Source: Myxococcota bacterium (GTDB taxonomy: Bacteria > Myxococcota_A > UBA796 > UBA2385). Taken from it: DNA of 64,000 bases. The position numbers and the translations under genes are program-made. The DNA lies in the NCBI GenBank assembly GCA_044344255.1, contig JBIJDH010000009.1, positions 96,001 to 160,000 of the forward strand. The letters are read 5' to 3'. Positions 56,802 to 64,000 of the stretch are shown here, piece by piece; the first letter of the stretch is position 1; every line of letters starts with the position of its first letter. Below the pieces are notes generated by a model. That model was not told the origin of the DNA and ran no database searches. It saw only the letters and a list, made by a program, of their open reading frames with translations.

Positions 56802-58214
56802 ATGCGCCGTCCCGCCCTCCTCCGACACTCCTCCTGCGCCCTCCTGCTCGGCGCGCTCGCCCTCCACCCGGGTCTCGCCGCGGCCACGCCGGCCCCCGAC
56901 TGGCCCGCGGCCGGCCAGGAGGTCACGGCCCTGCTCCAAGCGTATCTGCGCACAGACACCACGAACCCGCCCGGACACGAGACCGACGGCGCCCGCTTCC
57001 TCGCCGAGCGGCTGGCCGCGGAGGGCATCGAGAGCCAGATCCTCGAGGGTGGGCCCGGCCGTGGCAACCTGATCGCGCGGGTGAAGGGGGACGGCAGCCT
57101 GCCCCCCCTCTGCCTGCTCTCCCACATCGACGTCGTCACCGCAGAGCCGTCCAGCTGGCCCGCCGACAAGGGCCCGCTGTCCGGCGCCCTCGATGATCAG
57201 GGCTACGTGTGGGGCCGCGGCGCGCTCGACATGAAGGGGATGGGCGCGATCGAGGCGATGACCCTCATCCTCCTCCAGCGCAGCGGCGCCCGGCTGAAGC
57301 GGGACGTCGTGCTGCTCGCCGTGGCCGACGAGGAGGTGGACAACGAGGGCATCCGCTTCATCGCCGACCAACACTGGGACAAGGTCGGCTGCAGCCACGT
57401 CATCAACGAGGGCGGCATCGGCATCTCGGACCTCTTCTTCCCCGGCCAGACGGTGTACCCGATCTCGGTCGGCGAGAAGGGCGTGCTCTGGGCGCGCCTC
57501 ATCGCCAGCGGCGAGCCCGGACACGGCAGCACCCCCGTCCCGGATCGGGCGCCGCAGCGGCTGATGCAGGCGGTGGCTGCGCTCGAGGCTCGGGAGGTCG
57601 AGCCCACCTTCCACCCCGCCCTGCTCGAGACCATCGCCGCCGCAGGCGTCCAGAAGGGCGGCCTCACCGGGTTCATCCTCCAGCACCCCCGGCTGGCGAA
57701 GCGCGTGTTGAGGGGCCGCTTCATGGAGAACCCGATCACCCGCGCGGCGGTGACCACCACCGTCAACGTCACCGGCTTCGGCGGCGCGAACGAGCCAAAC
57801 GTCGTCCCCGGCGAGGTGTGGGCGAACATCGACGCCCGCGTCCTCCCCGGCCAGACCCCCGAGCAGGTGCTGGCCGAGCTCCAGGCCCTCACCCCCTGGC
57901 CGTGGGTCCGCTACGAGGTCTTGTCCACCCACCCCGCCGCGGTGAGCCCGTGGGATGACCCGCTCTTTCGCGCCTTGGTCGCGCGGTCGGTCGAGGGCCG
58001 CCCCGACGTCGTCGCCGGGCCGGTGATCTCGGTGGGCTACACCGACTCCGTCTACCTCCGCCCCAAGGGGGTCACCGCCTACGGCTTCGTGCCCTTCGAG
58101 GTCTCTGCCGAGGAGCTCGGCACCATGCACGGGAACAACGAGCGGGTCAGCACCGCCAACCTCGAGCGCGGCCTGCGGATCCTCTACTCCGCCGTGGCCG
58201 ACGTCTCGATGTGA
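56802..58214 (+). CDS. M20/M25/M40 family metallopeptidase, secreted
   Basis: SHIDVV, GRGALDMKG, ADEE, NEGG, GHGS, MHG-NER. Confidence 0.93.
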   Translation: MRRPALLRHSSCALLLGALALHPGLAAATPAPDWPAAGQEVTALLQAYLRTDTTNPPGHETDGARFLAERLAAEGIESQILEGGPGRGNLIARVKGDGSLPPLCLLSHIDVVTAEPSSWPADKGPLSGALDDQGYVWGRGALDMKGMGAIEAMTLILLQRSGARLKRDVVLLAVADEEVDNEGIRFIADQHWDKVGCSHVINEGGIGISDLFFPGQTVYPISVGEKGVLWARLIASGEPGHGSTPVPDRAPQRLMQAVAALEAREVEPTFHPALLETIAAAGVQKGGLTGFILQHPRLAKRVLRGRFMENPITRAAVTTTVNVTGFGGANEPNVVPGEVWANIDARVLPGQTPEQVLAELQALTPWPWVRYEVLSTHPAAVSPWDDPLFRALVARSVEGRPDVVAGPVISVGYTDSVYLRPKGVTAYGFVPFEVSAEELGTMHGNNERVSTANLERGLRILYSAVADVSM

Positions 58215-58375
58215 GGCGCGCCGACCCACGCCGTCCAGATCGGCCGCTGTGCCAGCTCTGCTCATGTGAGCTGTAGTTTCGGCGGTAGACCCACCAAAAG
58301 AAGGAACATACCCACAAATTACCCGTCCACGCGATACAATCCGAAGCTGTGGGGCGGGTAGGGGAGGGGATCTGG

Positions 58376-60952
58376 ATGAACACAGAGAGCTGGAACGGCT
58401 GGGGCATGACGACCCCGGCCTCCCGCACGACCGACTCCGATCGGCTGCGATGTGGGTCAGCCAGCTCCCTCGATGAAGACCTGCTCACCATGGGAATTCA
58501 CGACCCCGACCGCTACGTCGAGCGAGGGCACCTCGGCTTCGGCGGCATGGCCGAGGTCCGACGTGTCCACGATCGGCGGCTGCAGCGCGACGTCGCCATG
58601 AAGCTGCTCCGCACGAGCCTCCTCCCCAACCCGGAGTGGCGGGTGCGCTTCCGAGCCGAAGCCTGCCTCGTGGCCCGCCTGCAGCACCCCTCGATCGTGC
58701 CCATCTTTGACTTCGGCGTCGATCGGGAAGGCCGCTTCTTCTTCACGATGCCGGAGATCGAAGGCGAGACCTTCGCTCGGTTGATCCATCGGGCCCACGC
58801 GGACCGGGGGGAGGCCCCCACCCTCGGGCTCGGTCCCCTCCGTCGCCTGATCGGCGTGCTGGCCACGGTCTGCCAGGCGGTGGCCTACGCGCACGATCAG
58901 CACGTGCTGCACCGTGATCTCAAGCCCGACAACATCATGGTGGGCACCTTTGCGCAGGTCTTCGTGCTCGACTGGGGCATCGCCAGCCTCGACCTCCTCC
59001 GCGAGCCCGTGGCGGTCGACCTGCCCCCGGATGAGCCGGCCCCACAGGCCCTGCCGCGAACGCTGGCCGGGACCGTAAAGGGGACGCCCGGATACATGTC
59101 ACCCGAGCAGGCGCGAGGGGACTGGCCGCGGGTGGACGCGCGGGCCGACGTCTGGTCGCTCGGCGCGATCCTCTACGAGATCCTGGCTGGACGGTGCCCG
59201 AACCGCCTCAGCCAGGGCGGCCGGGAGCGACGAGAGCCCACCGCGCGGCCGAGCGACGCAGCGCTCCGGCGGCCGCCGCACAGCGAGCTACTCCCACCGG
59301 CCCTGGTGGCGCTGTGTGACCAGGCGCTGGAGCCGGATCCGGAGCGCCGCGTCGCGACCGCGCGGGCGCTGGGGACGGCGCTGCAGGACTGGCTCGACGG
59401 CGTGCAAAACGTGGAGCGCGGCAGGGCGCTCGTCGCAGAGGCCGACACGCTCCACGCCGAGATCGAGGCGCGACGGCTCGCCCTCGCCGCGCGGCGCGCC
59501 GAGGCGCTGCGCGAGCTCGGTCGGCTCGGCGAGCGGGCCACGGAGGGCGAGAAGGCACCAGCCTGGGAGCAGCTCGAGGAGATCGACGGGGCCGAGGCGG
59601 AGCTCTCTCTCCGAGAGGCCGAGCGAGACACGAACCTCCAGCGCGCCCTCACCCTCGCGCCCGACCTCACGGAGGCGCAGGATCGTATCGCCGACCTGCA
59701 CGTCCGCGCCCACGCGGAAGCCGAGCTCACCGGTGACCGGGCGGGCATGCTCCGGCACGAGCACATCATCCGCACCTACCACCGCGGCCGCCACGCCTCG
59801 TACCTGCGCGGAGAGGCCAGCTTCCAGATCCGCTTCAGCCGCCCGCTCCGCGTCCGACTCTCCCGTTACACCCTCGTCCGCCGTCGACTCGTCGAGCGCC
59901 CGGTCGCCGACCTCGGCTGGACCCGCGAGATCGACCTCCGTCTCGAGGTGGGCAGCTATGTGGCCCACCTGGAGGGTGAGGAGGGCGTGCCCTTCCAGTA
60001 CCCCTTCGAGCTCCGTCGCACCCTCGGTGAGGTGGCCGCGGAGCCGCTGCCTCCGCTGGAGGTCCCCGACTTGCGGCGCGCGCCGCCGGGCGCGGTCTTC
60101 GTGCCCGCGGGCTGGACCTGGATCGGCGGCGATCCCCTGGCCTTCGGGACCTCGCTCCCCTTGCAGCGGGCCCTGGTCGAGGCCTTCTGGATCCACCGGC
60201 ACCCGGTCACGAACGAAGAGTTCCTCGCCTTCATCAACGACCTGCAGGCGGCGGGCCGGGAACAGGAGGCCCTCCGCTTCGTCCCCCGCGAGCGCAGCGC
60301 GAGGGCGGGGGTCGAGGGGGCGATGATCTACCGCCGCGCGGTAGACGGCCAATTCGCGCTCGGGGTCGATTGTGACGGGGATCGATGGAGGCCCCGCTGG
60401 CCGGCCACGATGACGGAGCTCGTGGCGATCGAGGCCTACGCGCGCTGGTGGTCAGAGCGGATCGGGATGCTTGGGCGCCTGCCGTACGAGGTCGAGTGGG
60501 AGCGAGCCGCCCGCGGGGCAGACCGCCGGGCCTTTCCATGGGGCTCGGAGTACGACGCCACCTGGTGTGCGCACTGCGACTCCTCCGGCAACAACCTGTC
60601 GGAAGTGGACAGCTTTTCCGTAGACCAGAGCCCCTTCGGGGTCCGCGGCCTCGCAGGCAACGTGATGGATGCCCTAAAGGAGCCTTTTTGCGCCGCCGGG
60701 CCGACCATCCACGCCGACGGCCGCTGGGAGCCCGCCGAGGGCCCGGAGGGTCGGCGACTCGTCAAGGGCGGGAACTTCGGCGCCAACATCGGGAAGTCGA
60801 GGATCTCCTACCGGGGGAGCCGAGCGGACACCGCCCGGACCCCCTTGTGTGGTTTCCGCCTCGTCTTCCCGGTCTCCGCCGTTCAAGGGGCCGCGGGCGG
60901 GGCGACGGGCGGCAGCCCGGGCGGGCAGATTTGCTGGAAGAGCCCGGAGTAG
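58376..60952 (+). CDS. Ser/Thr protein kinase fused to an FGE-sulfatase (SUMF1-like) domain
   Basis: LGFGGMAEV, VAMK, HRDLKPDN, DWG, GTPGYMSPEQ; C-terminal PVTNEEF, RLP-E-EWE-AARG, FPWG, SPFG---AGNV, GFRLV. Start uncertain (58349/58376/58406). Confidence 0.92.
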   Translation: MNTESWNGWGMTTPASRTTDSDRLRCGSASSLDEDLLTMGIHDPDRYVERGHLGFGGMAEVRRVHDRRLQRDVAMKLLRTSLLPNPEWRVRFRAEACLVARLQHPSIVPIFDFGVDREGRFFFTMPEIEGETFARLIHRAHADRGEAPTLGLGPLRRLIGVLATVCQAVAYAHDQHVLHRDLKPDNIMVGTFAQVFVLDWGIASLDLLREPVAVDLPPDEPAPQALPRTLAGTVKGTPGYMSPEQARGDWPRVDARADVWSLGAILYEILAGRCPNRLSQGGRERREPTARPSDAALRRPPHSELLPPALVALCDQALEPDPERRVATARALGTALQDWLDGVQNVERGRALVAEADTLHAEIEARRLALAARRAEALRELGRLGERATEGEKAPAWEQLEEIDGAEAELSLREAERDTNLQRALTLAPDLTEAQDRIADLHVRAHAEAELTGDRAGMLRHEHIIRTYHRGRHASYLRGEASFQIRFSRPLRVRLSRYTLVRRRLVERPVADLGWTREIDLRLEVGSYVAHLEGEEGVPFQYPFELRRTLGEVAAEPLPPLEVPDLRRAPPGAVFVPAGWTWIGGDPLAFGTSLPLQRALVEAFWIHRHPVTNEEFLAFINDLQAAGREQEALRFVPRERSARAGVEGAMIYRRAVDGQFALGVDCDGDRWRPRWPATMTELVAIEAYARWWSERIGMLGRLPYEVEWERAARGADRRAFPWGSEYDATWCAHCDSSGNNLSEVDSFSVDQSPFGVRGLAGNVMDALKEPFCAAGPTIHADGRWEPAEGPEGRRLVKGGNFGANIGKSRISYRGSRADTARTPLCGFRLVFPVSAVQGAAGGATGGSPGGQICWKSPE

Positions 60953-61554
60953 GCCACGTCGGACAGGCCTGCGAGCGTCACCTCGAGCGCGTTGACGACC
61001 GCGGCGTAGGCCACGACGCTCGCCGCCGGGGGCACCACACAGGGCTTCGGGGGGCCGATCGGGGCGGCGCCCTGCACCGGGGCGGAGACCTGCACGACCG
61101 CTCCATCGGCGAAGGTCAGGTCCACCACCGCGAGGTTCTGGTCGACGGCGAGGTCGGCGTAGGTCGTACCCTCTCCGGGCGCGAATGCATAGACAGTGCC
61201 AAGGAGGCCGTGTCGCCCGCACTCGTCCGGATCGGCACTGATTCCGCAGACAGGCGGGGCCGGGAACGGCGCCAGCGCGCCTCCGACCACCGGCGGCGGC
61301 AGGCCCGGCTGGGGCGCGACGCCGCCGGTGACCAGGCCGTTGGGGCTGCTGAACGTGAGCACCGCCTGCCCATCGCTGACCGCGGCGGTGAGCTCGACGA
61401 TCTCGGCGCTCACGGCCTCGTCGCCGGGATCAGGCTCCTCGGCGCCAGTGACAGCGGGGAAGAGAACAGCGGGGAAGAGAACCGAGGAGGCGAGTGCCAA
61501 GCGGACGAAGGCCCGCGTGGTACGCTGCGAGAGGTTGTACCGGTTGGTAGGCAT
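60883..61554 (-). CDS. hypothetical secreted protein
   Basis: AGGAG RBS, signal peptide containing a 15-bp tandem duplication (VLFPA x2, 61451-61480), four Cys. Confidence 0.55.
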   Translation of the reverse strand: MPTNRYNLSQRTTRAFVRLALASSVLFPAVLFPAVTGAEEPDPGDEAVSAEIVELTAAVSDGQAVLTFSSPNGLVTGGVAPQPGLPPPVVGGALAPFPAPPVCGISADPDECGRHGLLGTVYAFAPGEGTTYADLAVDQNLAVVDLTFADGAVVQVSAPVQGAAPIGPPKPCVVPPAASVVAYAAVVNALEVTLAGLSDVAYSGLFQQICPPGLPPVAPPAAP

Positions 61555-62010
61555 CTGGCTCTCCTGATCGCTCGCGCGATCGTGCTTTGTTGGGTCTTCA
61601 CCTCGTCGTGCACTCTCCTGGGACACTCAGATCAGCGGTCAGCTCAGTGGCTACGGAATCAACTTCTGGCTCACCCTGTTAGTGTAGCGTAGTGCTCACA
61701 TCGGGGCAAGAAGAAAGATGATGCCGCAGGGCCCCCTCCCGATCACCCCTTCGCCGGGCCCGCAGGTTGAGCGCCTGGTTGCAGATCCAGATCAGACCAG
61801 GGACCGCTCGCTGATGGTGACAGCTCAGAGCACCAAGGTTAATGGTGGGGTCCCCGTCGGAATTTCGCGGTCCCCCCGCCGCCCGATCACCTTCGATCTT
61901 GGACGAACCCCATCTGCACCGATCATGACACCGACAAGATTGCGTCAAGATCCCCAGCTTTAGCCGCACTGATCTCCCAGTATCCGCCGATCACAGAAGA
62001 GGAGGCGACC

Positions 62011-63105
62011 ATGTTGACACCCACCGCAGCGCTGGCCGAAGCCGGTCCCATGGAACAGATGGACGCGCACTCGAAGCGCGTGACCGAGCTACGGGCCCTC
62101 GGCCCAAGTGTGCTGTTGGCGCGATGGCAGGGTCATGTCGGCTCGGAGCTGGCCGCGGCCAACGAGGCGAACCAGGCGCGCGCTCAGCTCGGGTGGTTCT
62201 TTGACCAGCTCCCGCTCTTGCACGGCGCCCCTCCGGAGGGGGTGAGACCAGCCCCCGTAAACGGCGAGGTCACGCGGCGGATGCTCAACCGCGCGGTGAA
62301 CGACGGCTACTTCATGTTCGTCCAAAAGGGGCGTCGGAAAGCCGACTTGGATCTTCGGTGGTGGTCTGTACTTTGGTGCGCACTCACCTCGCTCTCCGGC
62401 TTGGTCGCGCCGGACAAGCGCCCGCTTACAGATGAAGCCACCCGAGACGTCATACAAGACAGCATCGTCGAACTCATTGGGCAGATAGTCCAGATACAAA
62501 ACCAAGAAATGACAAACACATACGACGACGATAGTTCCGCGCATCGAAAAGGCGCGCGTTCGCCGTCCGGCGTATCGGAGGTCGACTCTGCGAACGAAGA
62601 CCTCGACCAGGACGAACTGAACCGGGTCGTCGAGCTCGTCAAGCGGGACTGGCTATCGAAGAAACGCTCGCCCGTCGAGCAGACGCTGGGAGAGCTCTTG
62701 ATCTCCGAGAGCCTTCGAATTGTGCGAAGAGCCGACAGCCGGCGACGATTTCTGGCCCAGCTAGAAGAGGAGATTAACGAGCTTCGCCCGAACCAGGGCG
62801 TCGATGATGAGCCCACGGGCGACGAAGACGCAGAGGCTTCGGACGCCTTCGTGTCCACATTCACACCAAGAGCGAAGGGAACAGAGCGCGAAGGCACCCT
62901 CAACGCGGCTCCATTCGCCGATCTATTGGATCGGCTCGGATCGGTGGCGTCGAACGCCGAGGGGGTCGGACTGGTCACTCGATATCACACGGGAGTCATG
63001 CTTCGTTACATGGCCTGGTACATTCGTGATGTCTATAGGCCCAGCGGGAACATTCATTTAAGCGAAATCAACATCCTGCTGAACAAGCTCCAGGCCGCCA
63101 CGTGA
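62011..63105 (+). CDS. hypothetical protein (lower GC; weak sigma-factor-like patches)
   Basis: Strong GAGGAGG RBS, 364-codon ORF with atypical codon usage. Confidence 0.7.
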   Translation: MLTPTAALAEAGPMEQMDAHSKRVTELRALGPSVLLARWQGHVGSELAAANEANQARAQLGWFFDQLPLLHGAPPEGVRPAPVNGEVTRRMLNRAVNDGYFMFVQKGRRKADLDLRWWSVLWCALTSLSGLVAPDKRPLTDEATRDVIQDSIVELIGQIVQIQNQEMTNTYDDDSSAHRKGARSPSGVSEVDSANEDLDQDELNRVVELVKRDWLSKKRSPVEQTLGELLISESLRIVRRADSRRRFLAQLEEEINELRPNQGVDDEPTGDEDAEASDAFVSTFTPRAKGTEREGTLNAAPFADLLDRLGSVASNAEGVGLVTRYHTGVMLRYMAWYIRDVYRPSGNIHLSEINILLNKLQAAT

Positions 63106-63203
63106 GCCGATTGCCCAAGCGCACACGGCTGTACCGACAGGAAAATGGCCCCCCCCGGACAGGCCGACCCAGAGGCTGCATCGTGACTCCGCGTCTGGTC
63201 TAA
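63102..63203 (+). CDS. putative 33-aa basic small ORF
   Basis: GTG overlaps the upstream TGA, and its TAA overlaps the downstream ATG. Confidence 0.35.
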   Translation: MSRLPKRTRLYRQENGPPRTGRPRGCIVTPRLV

Positions 63204-64000
63204 TGCCGAGCGGAGGTCGCTCCGTGCTCGGAACCATCACGCTGCTCCGCTCGATGCCGGGAGGGTCCTTCGAGCACTTGCTGAGGGCGGTCGCAGACTC
63301 GGATCGTACACCCGCCCTGGATCTCGGCGAGCAATTTCGAGCACAGGCGGTCCCCTTCGGGGAGGCTGATCTCTGTTGCCTGCACCTGTCCCCGCGACAT
63401 CGCGTACCCTTCGACCTCCTCGACGCATCCACCGCCATGTCCCGGCGTGTGAGCGGTGTGGTCTCACCGTCCAGGGACGACCTCAGCGCGTGGTCCGGCA
63501 CGAAGCGGCTCGACAAGCGAGTGATCGCCCTCGGGGGCTGCTCCGCAGAGGCGGTGGCCGAGCTCCGTCTCCACGTCGACCGGCGAGCGTTCATGGGGGT
63601 CGTCTTCTTGGAGATGAACCACCAAGCCGCCCTGCTCGCCCATCCCAGCGGGTCGACGCTGCTCGGACCCGCGCGACGCACGATCGGCGCGATCGTCGGC
63701 TCCGGTAGCCCGTTCTTTCAGGCCTTCGAGAGAGGCAGGAGGAGACTCAAGCCCGAGGTGCTCCAGGCAGACTCGCCGACCATCCTCCCCCTGGTCGGCC
63801 TGGACCGTGTGCCCGTGGTGCTGGTGGTGTGGTCCGATCGACTGGAGGACACCGCGCTCGTCGCGCACTGCGCTCGATTGGTCCGTCTGGGGGAGACCGG
63901 GAGCTTCTCCGCGGCGGGAGCCGCGCGGGTGCTGCGGGAGAAGAGGGGCAACACCGCCAGCGCCTGGGCGAAGGCCTGGGCTGAGTCACCGGCGGTGGCG
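63203..64000 (+). CDS. hypothetical protein (3'-truncated by window edge; not in the ORF track)
   Basis: Manual translation: MPSGGRSVLGTITLLRSMPGG... stays open for 266 codons to the window end. Confidence 0.6.
   Translation, partial: MPSGGRSVLGTITLLRSMPGGSFEHLLRAVADSDRTPALDLGEQFRAQAVPFGEADLCCLHLSPRHRVPFDLLDASTAMSRRVSGVVSPSRDDLSAWSGTKRLDKRVIALGGCSAEAVAELRLHVDRRAFMGVVFLEMNHQAALLAHPSGSTLLGPARRTIGAIVGSGSPFFQAFERGRRRLKPEVLQADSPTILPLVGLDRVPVVLVVWSDRLEDTALVAHCARLVRLGETGSFSAAGAARVLREKRGNTASAWAKAWAESPAVA

Noticed and set aside
58268..58295. tRNA D-arm-like sequence TGTAGTTTCGGCGGTAGAC (similarly AGCTCAGTGG near 61641)
   Set aside because: No anticodon arm, T-arm or acceptor stem can be formed.
61718..61963. 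81-aa Pro-rich ORF as a peptide precursor
   Set aside because: No clear SD, poor codon bias and no modifying enzymes nearby; its PIT repeats simply reflect the CCGATCA DNA repeats.
58215..64000. Terminal region as a defined mobile element
   Set aside because: Composition shifts, but no integrase, transposase, tRNA or terminal repeats are visible; the 8-bp ATGTGAGC/GCTCACAT inverted match (58264, 61694) is too short to count.

Overview
High-GC (roughly 70% by eye), densely coding chromosomal segment. It is most likely from a Myxococcota/deltaproteobacterial organism, given a MYXO-CTERM-type sorting tail, an MXAN_5187-like protein, DADAD-repeat lipoproteins and a Ser/Thr kinase-FGE fusion. About 60 CDS are supported: housekeeping genes (purB, pfkA, rnd, cdd, punA, coaB, folB, arcC), envelope genes (mlaE-mlaE-mlaF-mlaD, YfgM/BamB-like, Omp85 barrel, many lipoproteins), two B12-radical SAM enzymes, and a lower-GC accessory stretch from about 58.2 kb to the end. 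I found no rRNA, tRNA, CRISPR array, integrase or transposase. Main observations: (1) an A9 run at the MoxR-AAA/VWA junction, where a -1 slip fuses the two genes into one AAA-linker-VWA protein, a candidate for programmed frameshifting; (2) this pair heads a co-oriented cluster with a GATase and an S-adenosylhomocysteine-hydrolase homologue carrying altered catalytic residues; (3) a probable catalytically dead phosphoglucose isomerase homologue with a likely CTG start, upstream of yfgM/bamB-like genes; (4) many apparently leaderless gene starts; (5) a terminal operon of unrecognised genes preceded by a GATC-rich intergenic region and containing a doubly coupled 33-codon ORF with a C8 tract. 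All calls come from motif recognition by eye; no searches were run.
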